The notes beneath the pieces are model-generated. The model made no database searches. It saw only the letters and a list, made by a program, of their open reading frames with translations, and was not told the origin of the DNA. Position numbers and translations under genes: made by a program. Shown here in pieces: positions 7,599 through 15,143 of a stretch of DNA of 29,427 nucleotides (within the stretch, counting starts at the first letter, position 1; every line of letters starts with the position of its first letter). The DNA is from Planctomycetaceae bacterium (GTDB lineage Bacteria > Planctomycetota > Planctomycetia > Pirellulales > Thermoguttaceae): positions 1 to 29,427 of the forward strand of contig JAITQJ010000033.1 of assembly GCA_031288955.1 (NCBI GenBank). Reading direction: 5' to 3'.

Positions 7599-8537
7599 AT
7601 GGAGCGAATAGCGTGGCATCCGGCATTTGTACAGGCAATTCAGTTAGAATTGGCAGAGTACAAAGACGTACTTGAGTACGAGTCCGAATACCAGTTAACG
7701 TCCGAACCGCTGAAAATCGATGTGTTGATTATCAAAAAGCGTTCCAACGTTGTCATCAAAAAGAATATCGGGCAGATTTTCAAACAGTGCAATGTTGTTG
7801 AGTATAAGAGTCCTGATGACCGGTTCACGATTTGGGATTACCATAAGACGCAGTGTTATTCACGATTATATGCGTCGCAGCATAAAATCAGCGTTGACGA
7901 AATGACGGTTACGGCGGTTGTTTTGCGAACGCCGCGTAAGTTGCTTCGGGAATTGGGCAAATGTTTTGACATAACCAATCCAACCAGCGGTATTTACTAC
8001 GTTAACGGCGATACAAGTCCAACGCAGATAGTTGTTTCTGCTGCTTTGGCGGAAGAGGACAACCTTTGGTTGCGTAGTTTGCGTGATGATTTGGACGTTG
8101 CCGGTATGGACAAGGTCATTACGCAGCAGGAACGCAGCGACGGCAAATTATCGGTAGAAGCATATTTGCAGGTGATTTTGAAAGCGAATCCGTTTATCTT
8201 TCAGGAGATTCAAGATATGAGAGGCAAGACATTTGACGAAGTGATGGAAGAAGCAGGGGTAACAGCAAAATGGGAAATTCGTGGAGAGGAACGCGGTATT
8301 GCCCTCGGTGAAGAACGCGGTATCGCCCTTGGTGAAATTCGCGGTGAGGAACGCGGTATCATCCGCGGAAAGGCTGATTACGTAATATCCGTCTTACGTA
8401 CACGATTCCAGACCGTTCCCAAAACGATTCAAGACAGTATCAAATCATATACCGACTTAATCGCTTTGGACTCCCTGTTAGTAGCGGCGGTTACCTGCGA
8501 AAGCATTAAGGATTTCCGGCAAAATCTCGTGCGGTAA
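7599..8537 (+). CDS. Rpn-like PD-(D/E)XK nuclease-family protein with a repetitive C-terminal tail
   Basis: WHPAF N-terminus, EPLKIDVLIIKK (PD-type Asp), NVVEYKSPDD (ExK), and a tail with GEERGIALG repeats followed by a short helical C-terminal domain, as in Rpn/YpnA-like proteins. Confidence 0.7.
   Translation: MERIAWHPAFVQAIQLELAEYKDVLEYESEYQLTSEPLKIDVLIIKKRSNVVIKKNIGQIFKQCNVVEYKSPDDRFTIWDYHKTQCYSRLYASQHKISVDEMTVTAVVLRTPRKLLRELGKCFDITNPTSGIYYVNGDTSPTQIVVSAALAEEDNLWLRSLRDDLDVAGMDKVITQQERSDGKLSVEAYLQVILKANPFIFQEIQDMRGKTFDEVMEEAGVTAKWEIRGEERGIALGEERGIALGEIRGEERGIIRGKADYVISVLRTRFQTVPKTIQDSIKSYTDLIALDSLLVAAVTCESIKDFRQNLVR
8283..8372 (+). repeat. In-frame 24/12-nt tandem repeats encoding GEERGIAL-GEERGIAL-GEIR-GEERGIIR-GK
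   Basis: Units at 8283-8306, 8307-8330, a half unit at 8331-8342, and 8343-8366. Confidence 0.85.
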
Positions 8538-8554
8538 AAAGTTGCTGCATAATT

Positions 8555-8692
8555 AGACTTGTTCCGAACATAGTCATTGCGATAATCCCCATCGTCCGAA
8601 AAAAACCAGACGAAAGCACCTCTTGCGGACAAAGCCCGTCTGTGCTACACGCAGCGGCAAGCAAAATGAAATTTTAGTTACCGAACAAGTCT
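8555..8692. mobile_element. Putative MITE (138 bp) with terminal inverted repeats AGACTTGTTC(C/G)G and a possible 3-bp ATT target duplication
   Basis: 8555-8566 and the reverse complement of 8681-8692 match at 11/12 nt. ATT flanks both sides (8552-8554, 8693-8695). There is no coding capacity, and a homologous copy lies at ~213-355. Confidence 0.6.
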
Positions 8693-8729
8693 ATTATCAT
8701 ATGCGTTATTGCGCACCAACACCCTGTTA

Positions 8730-11700
8730 TCACGGCAGTATTACCGGACGGAAACCGACGTTCATCACCTTTTGCCACGGTAAATAATACACCTTCGCTG
8801 ACGAACCGCTGAATGCCGGTCGGTCTTTCCACGAACCGCCCTTCGCTACCACCTGTGCCGCCGCCGGTTCCACCGGTATCACTTCCGGCGACATCGCTTC
8901 AGGATACGTCCATTCCCAAACGTTGCCGATTATATCGTACAACCCCCAGGGATTCGGCTCGTATTGTTTCACATAATCAACGACAAACCACTTGTCCGAA
9001 AAACGTTTGTCCCGCAGCGGATAATGCGAATTCGCCCCAAAATCCCGGCGGTAATGCACCGTCGAACCGTTCTCCCACTGCGTCCTCGCAAAACGGGTCT
9101 CATCGCCCGACAAGTTCGCATATTTCGAGAAATCCGTGTTCCTGTCCCCGTACCAAAATGCCGTTTCCGTTCCCGCCCGCGCCGCCCATTCCCACTGCGA
9201 TTCTGTCGGCAACTTCACGGTCTTTCCCGTCTTTTTCGACAGCCATTCGCAGAACTTCTCCGCCTCGTGGAACGAAATGCGGGCAACAGGCTGGTCGGGA
9301 TGATTTGCAATATAACCCGGAACAATATGGTCTTTGCCGTCCTCCGGCAAATACCGCGTATCGTGTTCGGAGTCAAACATTCCGTACTGCCCGTTGGTTA
9401 TTTCCGTTTCCGCAATCCAGAACGGCTGCTCAATCTTCACCACCTTCCGCTGCCTTTCGTCCGGCAAACCGTCCAGTTGTCCCATCACAAACTCGCCGGC
9501 AGGAATCTGCACAAACGTGATTCGCCGGTCTTGTCCCAAATCAATCCGTTTTCCCGGAAGCGGAGCCGCTAACCGCTGTTGACCGCCCTGCGGTATCCAG
9601 GCAGCCGACGGGTCGCCCGGCAACCCTTGTTTCGGGTCAGGCAGCAATGCCTCACTGGTTAAATCAACCGTCAGCGTCGCCGACACGTTACTGCCGCCCC
9701 GCTGTTTATTCACTGCCGCTGCCGCATCGAACGGAAAATCCGCCGCCTTCAAGTTATCCGCTTTCGCAAACTGCGCCTTGACGGCATCAAGTTGTTCCGG
9801 CGTAATTTTTGTAACAGCAACAGTTTTCTTTGCCGCAATCGCTGCCCGGTATTCGTCTTCAGGATTTGTATCAAGGTTCGCATACAACTTCGCCAATTCA
9901 AGCCGCCGGTCTTCGTACTTCGGATTCGACCACAAGCCCCGATACGGCACATTCAAATCAATCCAGGTGTTAAGTCTGTCCCAATCTTCCTTGTCGAGAC
10001 TCGTCCCGTAATGTCCCCGCTGCAAACGCTGAACGAGTTCGCTGACCGAGGCGTGATAGTCCATCGGCGGCAGTAAATCCAAATCCGGTTCCGGTCCCGG
10101 TCGCCAGATATACGGATTCAACGCCGAATAACTCGTATCGCTGCGCCAATTCCCCTGATTATGCGCCTCAAAGGAAATCAGTTGACGCTCTTTCTGATTG
10201 ACATCGTTATGGCACGCCACGCATTTTTTATCCAGCAGCGGTTGTATTTCCGCTTCATAACCGAATGACCTCGCCGGTCCGTACCAAGGAGTTATTTCGC
10301 TCGGCTTCCGGTTAGCGGCAGCAACCCGTTTGGTCGGCGTAACTTCCAGCGGCATTTCGTGGCAGCCTACACAGGACTGTTGTTCGCCCGGCATACAAAC
10401 CGTCCACGACCGCATCAGTTGAACGGCACGTCCATTAATATCAAGCGGCTGCATCGCCAGCGGCGTATTTGCCGGAACATTGAAACTAACGCTGCCGTCT
10501 TCCTCTACGGGGACCGTTCCGAGTATCCGCTTGATGTCCCAACTTGCGTGTCTGCCGACTGAATCGTGTCCGCCGCTGTTTCGGAAACCAAAATGATACG
10601 CAAAAATCCGAAGCGACTTTATCGTGCCTTTCGGAATTCCTTTCGTTGCCAAACCGTGATAAATGTCCGTGATGAAAATCGAACCGGTCATCTTGCCTGC
10701 TTCCGTCATATCGGGTTTCACCGGCGGACGCTGCCGCTTGACAAGCGGTATCGGTTGGAACAGAGAATCGTTCGGCAATGCCTTTATCAACGTTATATTA
10801 TCAAAGCGGTCAACGAGATACAGACCGAACTCGTGCTGGTTGGAATACCGCATACTGACGAGAAAATAATTGCTGTTAAGCGGATGCGGGAAACAGAAGC
10901 GGTACGTTCCGGCACCGCCCTGATTATCGTAAACGTTGCCGACGACATTTTTACCCCAGCCGGGCATTTCCTGCACGCAGCCGGTTACTTCTTTCGGATA
11001 AACACGGGGGAAAATGTTGAGATGCGCCCCTTCGGGTCCCCACTCTTTCGTTTCTGCATCGTAACGGAACGGATATTTTACCGCCAGTTGCGGATTGATA
11101 ATGACGAGTCGTCCGACTTCGGGGTCTCCTCCGCCGGCAGTGTGATGTCCGCTGACTACGCCGACAATTTCGCTGCTCTTGGGTATTTGACGGGGACTTT
11201 TGTACGCTGTCGGGAAAAAGGAGCCGCTGCCCCAGGTCGCCCGCTGCTGCCGTCCGTCAGGCTGCATTGCAAAGAGAATCCGGCTCATATAATGCGGTAT
11301 ATCGGAATACTCCCAACGCAGATACATCACTCGTCCGTCTTCCAGCACGGACGGATTCCAATCGCTGTCTTGTTCAAATGTCAACTGCCGGATTTTCGAT
11401 TTGTTTTCGTCATCTTGCCGGTCAACACGGTACAGATTGACCATTGGTCTGCCTCCGCCTTCGCAGGGCAGTCCTTGCATACCGGCGGTTGAACCGGTAA
11501 TGAAGGCGTTTTCGTCGGGCAGATAACAGGAATCGAACCAATCGACATCGTGAACGAACGGGGTCAGTTTTTTCAGATTTTTTCCATCTAAACCGACTTC
11601 GTAAATTGCCCAGCGGAGTTCATCTTTTCCGTCGAATTTTCCTTTTTCGAGAGACGAGAACATTACTTTTTCGCCGTCAAAGTGCAAGTCCATATCCCGC

Positions 11701-12173
11701 ATAATGACGCTGTTGGGATGCCGGTAAAACGGCGTAAAGTTCGCTTCTGTCCGCAGTTGTGTCAGTACACCGAGTTCGTTATCCCAACCGCTGCGGGGAA
11801 TATCTTCGTTGGTATGGGCATTGAGACCGATGAAGCCGTGTCCTTTTCTGGCGGTTTGCCGGCGTATGATGAGTATTTTATCGAAGTCGAGGAGCGGATT
11901 AGCAAGGGCGGCTTCCCGCAGGACGGCGTTGAATTCGTTTTGTGCGTTAGGAAACTTTTTGGGGTCTTTTGCTTCTCCGGCGGATTTTTTGAGTTTGGCG
12001 AGGTATTCCTGCCCTTTGGGATATTTATCGCCGAAGGTTTGAATAAGGTCGTTAATCATCCGTTCGGCGGACTCTAACGTATTGACGGGAGTTCGTCCGT
12101 TATCGAAAGCGGATGCGTATGCACACAGTCCGAAGCAAATAGCGGCAAGGAAAGATTTGCGTAACATTGTCAT
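8730..12173 (-). CDS. Secreted multidomain protein: HzsA (hydrazine synthase alpha)-like beta-propeller/middle domain, two CxxCH heme motifs and a C-terminal FGE/SUMF1-like domain
   Basis: Signal peptide (MTMLRKSFLAAICFGLCAYASA); propeller motifs (DLHFDGEKVMFS, IRQLTFEQDSDWNPSVLEDGRVMYLRWEY); KRILGTVPVEEDGSVSFNVPANTPLAMQPLD...MRSW...SCVGCHE; KCVACHND; FGE motifs (IPAGEFVMG, LPTESQWEWAARAG, PNPWGLYDIIGNVWEW, GGSW, NVGFR). Confidence 0.8.
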   Translation of the reverse strand: MTMLRKSFLAAICFGLCAYASAFDNGRTPVNTLESAERMINDLIQTFGDKYPKGQEYLAKLKKSAGEAKDPKKFPNAQNEFNAVLREAALANPLLDFDKILIIRRQTARKGHGFIGLNAHTNEDIPRSGWDNELGVLTQLRTEANFTPFYRHPNSVIMRDMDLHFDGEKVMFSSLEKGKFDGKDELRWAIYEVGLDGKNLKKLTPFVHDVDWFDSCYLPDENAFITGSTAGMQGLPCEGGGRPMVNLYRVDRQDDENKSKIRQLTFEQDSDWNPSVLEDGRVMYLRWEYSDIPHYMSRILFAMQPDGRQQRATWGSGSFFPTAYKSPRQIPKSSEIVGVVSGHHTAGGGDPEVGRLVIINPQLAVKYPFRYDAETKEWGPEGAHLNIFPRVYPKEVTGCVQEMPGWGKNVVGNVYDNQGGAGTYRFCFPHPLNSNYFLVSMRYSNQHEFGLYLVDRFDNITLIKALPNDSLFQPIPLVKRQRPPVKPDMTEAGKMTGSIFITDIYHGLATKGIPKGTIKSLRIFAYHFGFRNSGGHDSVGRHASWDIKRILGTVPVEEDGSVSFNVPANTPLAMQPLDINGRAVQLMRSWTVCMPGEQQSCVGCHEMPLEVTPTKRVAAANRKPSEITPWYGPARSFGYEAEIQPLLDKKCVACHNDVNQKERQLISFEAHNQGNWRSDTSYSALNPYIWRPGPEPDLDLLPPMDYHASVSELVQRLQRGHYGTSLDKEDWDRLNTWIDLNVPYRGLWSNPKYEDRRLELAKLYANLDTNPEDEYRAAIAAKKTVAVTKITPEQLDAVKAQFAKADNLKAADFPFDAAAAVNKQRGGSNVSATLTVDLTSEALLPDPKQGLPGDPSAAWIPQGGQQRLAAPLPGKRIDLGQDRRITFVQIPAGEFVMGQLDGLPDERQRKVVKIEQPFWIAETEITNGQYGMFDSEHDTRYLPEDGKDHIVPGYIANHPDQPVARISFHEAEKFCEWLSKKTGKTVKLPTESQWEWAARAGTETAFWYGDRNTDFSKYANLSGDETRFARTQWENGSTVHYRRDFGANSHYPLRDKRFSDKWFVVDYVKQYEPNPWGLYDIIGNVWEWTYPEAMSPEVIPVEPAAAQVVAKGGSWKDRPAFSGSSAKVYYLPWQKVMNVGFRPVILP

Positions 12174-12254
12174 TTAGAAAGTCTCAAGGTTAACTACACC
12201 GCCTAATTATACACTATGTTTTTCGCAAATGAAAGAAGAATTTTGAAACATAAC

Positions 12255-12297
12255 GCCGATAAAAACCGTATCGCACAGCGGCTTTTTCCGCTATAAT
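12255..12297 (+). promoter_or_regulatory. Upstream elements of the MotE-like gene: GCCGATAA (possible sigma28 -10) and TATAAT 7 nt before the ATG (leaderless-type)
   Basis: GCCGATAA 12255-12262, preceded 11 nt earlier by AAGAATTT (5/8 match to TAAAGTTT); TATAAT 12292-12297; ATG 12305 with no SD. Confidence 0.4.
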
Positions 12298-12304
12298 AAC
12301 CGTT

Positions 12305-13009
12305 ATGTTCAGGAAAATTATCAATCTCGCAGGTCAATTAGGCAAACAAGCCTTGCAAGGTGCTGGAACGGCAGCGTTGTATCTCGGCACGGCAACGTGT
12401 CTCGCCGCCATTCTGCTCGGACTCTATCTCAAATACGCCTGGAATATCGACAAAAATAAATTTTACCGAGCCATCGCCGTCCTGCAAGATGTCGATATCC
12501 TTGCACAGCAACGCGCTGCCGAAAAACGAGTCGCCGAAATAAGTTATCAAGATGTCCTCGAACAACGCGCCAAACGAAACCGCGAAGCAGAACTTCCGTC
12601 CGTAACGCTAATCGAACAAATCGCCGCCGAACCTGTACCTGAACCGCCGAAACCCGAACCAACGCCGGTCATTGATGAAACCGCTCAAATCTCCGCCTTT
12701 GAAAAACGTGTCAAAGAATATCAGGACAAAGCCCGCGCCGCCGGTCTCGCCGAAGAAACCCGGCTTTTGGAAAATATGGACCCCGAACAAGCAAAAGAGG
12801 TCATACGCAAACTTTGGAAAGAAGGGGCAAGACGGCGCGTTTTGGAAATGCTGATGGCAATGGAAGACCAAAAACGCGGCGATATTGTCTATGCAATGCG
12901 GCAGGACAATGCGGAAGAGTTGAAAGACCTGTGCGACATCTTGCAGCGCATCGGCGACGGCGAACCAATGGCAGGAGTTATCGAAGAAGCCGCAAAGAAA
13001 AAAGAATAG
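12305..13009 (+). CDS. MotE/MgtE-N-like membrane-anchored protein (probably flagellar)
   Basis: One N-terminal TM helix, a coiled coil, a Pro-rich linker, then helical repeats LLENMDPEQAKEVI...VLEMLMAMEDQKRGDIVYAM resembling the MgtE intracellular/MotE domain. Confidence 0.55.
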   Translation: MFRKIINLAGQLGKQALQGAGTAALYLGTATCLAAILLGLYLKYAWNIDKNKFYRAIAVLQDVDILAQQRAAEKRVAEISYQDVLEQRAKRNREAELPSVTLIEQIAAEPVPEPPKPEPTPVIDETAQISAFEKRVKEYQDKARAAGLAEETRLLENMDPEQAKEVIRKLWKEGARRRVLEMLMAMEDQKRGDIVYAMRQDNAEELKDLCDILQRIGDGEPMAGVIEEAAKKKE

Positions 13010-13011
13010 CA

Positions 13012-13053
13012 CAGAAGTCTTGTTTAACGATGAACCGATAATCAAAACTTCTG
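13012..13053. terminator. Imperfect hairpin between the convergent MotE-like and oxidoreductase genes
   Basis: CAGAAGTCTTG (13012-13022) pairs at 10/11 with CAAAACTTCTG (13043-13053). The loop is long (20 nt), and a T-rich stretch follows on the + strand. Confidence 0.35.
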
Positions 13054-13084
13054 CACTTTTATTTCCAATACTTTCAGAGGTACT

Positions 13085-14686
13085 TTACACCTCTTCCGGC
13101 TTCGGAACAATATACGGACTTCGGTATTCCCGCGTCAGTAAAGCATCTGCTGCCGGATTATTTTTGAACGTCTTCTTGACCGTGTCAAATTCCAGAAACG
13201 GTCCAAGCGTCAGCGGCGTTTTTGCCAAGTCCACGCCGTTCGCCTGCAAATGCTCTACCGTCCGGTCAACAGTCGCTCCGTTATCGTCGAGACTTTTAAT
13301 TTTCTTCAGAACGCCTTTCAGTTCTGCCGGCGAAACGTGATGGGCTTCTTGCTTCGCTGAACGGCGGCGGTTGTTGGAACGGGAAGCGGAACCTTCGCCG
13401 GTATCGCCGAGATAATACGAAATGTTGCCGAGATGACTCAAGCCCGCCGAAATAGCACCAACTTCTGCCGGTGCCGCCGCCAAAACCGGACTGTTCTTTT
13501 CGACCGCATCAATAAAGTTCCGGTAATGCAGTTTGTCATCGCCGCCTTTGAATTCCCGTATCAAATTGCCTTCCAAATCGTAAGCCGCCGAATAGCCGTA
13601 ATGCACCTGAACGAGGAAACCGCTGCTTCCATAGACAAGAACGGCTGCCGATGAAACGCTGCCTTTGCCTGCCGGAAACGGCAGCGGCTTCGTCTCCAAG
13701 CCCCTGACTTCAAAGACGATACATTTTTCGCCGAAGTCGAAAATGGCGACTTCCGTGTTCGCTGTATCGCCGGCATCTTTATAATTCGGGTTCTTTGTTT
13801 CCGCTTCATAGCCGAGCCGTCCGCCGTATGTAATGATACTGTTCGGATAGCGGTTCAAGCCGAGATGCCAGCGGGCGATGTCCGTTTGATGCGGTCCCTG
13901 ATTGCCGATGTTGCCGTTGCCGTAAAGCCGCTGCCAATGCCAATCGTAATGAAAATTCGGACGGGTCAGCGGAGCGACTGTCGCAGGACCAAACCAAAGG
14001 TCTTGATCGACGGATTCCGGTATCTTGTATTCGCCGAGCGGTCCAATGGCTTTGCGGCGACCGTAAACAATGCCCCTCGCAAAATTAACTTCGCCGATAC
14101 CGCCGCGCTGCGTGAAAGCAACGGCTTCGATATTTGCCGGATTGGAGCGGCATTGCGTTCCCGTCTGCACAACGAGTTTGTATTTCTTTGCCGCGGCGGT
14201 AATTGCTAAACCTTCGTGAACGTTATGGCTAATCGGCTTTTCGATGTAGGCGTGTTTGCCGGCTTGTAAAGCCCAAATGCCCGTTAGCGTATGCCAATGA
14301 TTGGTCGAGGCACAACTAATCGCATCGACGTTTTTATCTTCAAGGGCTTTGCGTAAATCAGCAGCGCGTTGAGGACGAACGCCGCCTTGCGATGCGGCAA
14401 TGCTGTCGAGGAGTTTGTCGGAGATGCGGTTAGAATCGGGGTCAACGACGTAACGAATGATGGTACGGGCATCGTTTTTGTAATAACCGATATGTCCGCC
14501 GGAGCGTCCGCCGGAACCGATGATAGCGATGCCGATACGGTCGTTCGGTCCCCTCTTCTTTTCGGGTTTCTTTTCGTCTTTTTGCTCTTGAGCAGCGGCG
14601 GTGTCAGCATAAGCGGCGGCACCGAGAGCGGTCATCGACAGAATGGAATCTTCGATAAAACTGCGGCGGGAAAGGAACGGCTTCAT
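13085..14686 (-). CDS. Tat-exported Gfo/Idh/MocA family oxidoreductase
   Basis: Twin-arginine signal LSRRSFI; Rossmann motif IAIIGSGGRSGGH; ASTNHWH; GKHAYIEKP; VQTGTQCRS; YDWHWQRLYGNGNIGNQGPHQTD. Confidence 0.9.
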   Translation of the reverse strand: MKPFLSRRSFIEDSILSMTALGAAAYADTAAAQEQKDEKKPEKKRGPNDRIGIAIIGSGGRSGGHIGYYKNDARTIIRYVVDPDSNRISDKLLDSIAASQGGVRPQRAADLRKALEDKNVDAISCASTNHWHTLTGIWALQAGKHAYIEKPISHNVHEGLAITAAAKKYKLVVQTGTQCRSNPANIEAVAFTQRGGIGEVNFARGIVYGRRKAIGPLGEYKIPESVDQDLWFGPATVAPLTRPNFHYDWHWQRLYGNGNIGNQGPHQTDIARWHLGLNRYPNSIITYGGRLGYEAETKNPNYKDAGDTANTEVAIFDFGEKCIVFEVRGLETKPLPFPAGKGSVSSAAVLVYGSSGFLVQVHYGYSAAYDLEGNLIREFKGGDDKLHYRNFIDAVEKNSPVLAAAPAEVGAISAGLSHLGNISYYLGDTGEGSASRSNNRRRSAKQEAHHVSPAELKGVLKKIKSLDDNGATVDRTVEHLQANGVDLAKTPLTLGPFLEFDTVKKTFKNNPAADALLTREYRSPYIVPKPEEV

Positions 14687-14724
14687 TGGTATATCTCCGG
14701 TTAGTTAAAGGACATCATTCCCGG

Positions 14725-14753
14725 ATTATAAATCGATTAGGAATAATTTGCAA
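14725..14753 (-). promoter_or_regulatory. sigma70 promoter TTGCAA-N17-TATAAT of the oxidoreductase gene
   Basis: -35 at 14753-14748, -10 at 14730-14725; GGAGA RBS upstream of ATG 14686. Confidence 0.7.
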
Positions 14754-14934
14754 GAGACGTACAACGCCGCAGATGTAACCGAACATTTCATAGAACGTCC
14801 TGAAAAACAAAGCGGCATAACGTTGTCTAATGCTGGTGTTTTCTGCACGATGTATCAATTTTTCCGAATCCGGTAAAGGGATGTTTTCGCCCTGTTTTTG
14901 TGCCGTTTGTCTTTTTTGCGGTGAAAAGTAACAA

Positions 14935-15072
14935 ATGTCTTACAGCAATCGCAAGCAATTTTGCTTGCGATTTTACTTGCGCTTGCTTGCGCGGGAGACG
15001 GTAATATGTCTGAACAATCGGTTTGAAAATCTGCGGGGGGGCGACTTGACTTTGTTTGACTGTACGATATAA
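14935..15072 (+). other. 45-codon small ORF containing a perfect 12-bp hairpin and a G7 run; coding status uncertain
   Basis: MSYSNRKQFCLRFYLRLLARETVICLNNRFENLRGGDLTLFDCTI*; palindrome AATCGCAAGCAA-TT-TTGCTTGCGATT at 14947-14972; G7 at 15035-15041. Confidence 0.3.
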
Positions 15073-15073
15073 T
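15046..15073 (+). promoter_or_regulatory. sigma70 promoter TTGACT-N16-TATAAT for the LTXXQ/DUF1559 genes
   Basis: TTGACT 15046-15051, TATAAT 15068-15073; GGAGA RBS before ATG 15144. Confidence 0.65.
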
Positions 15074-15143
15074 TCATACGGTCAGACGGGTGCTGGCAAA
15101 AAATTGCTAATAAAACTGGATTTAACCTTTTTGGAGACAAAAA

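Noticed and set aside
8283-8372. Repeat tract as a CRISPR array
   Set aside because: The repeats are contiguous, in frame and lack unique spacers, and no cas genes are present.
8730-9000. FGE domain as a diversity-generating retroelement target
   Set aside because: No template repeat with adenine-specific mismatches and no reverse transcriptase in the window.
8813-11492. Long + strand ORFs (8813-9520, 8964-9572, 10566-11492)
   Set aside because: Antisense shadows of the HzsA-like gene with no recognisable motifs.
8730-12173. Evidence for anammox metabolism
   Set aside because: No hzsB/hzsC, hdh or hao genes nearby; HzsA-like domains fused to FGE occur in non-anammox bacteria.
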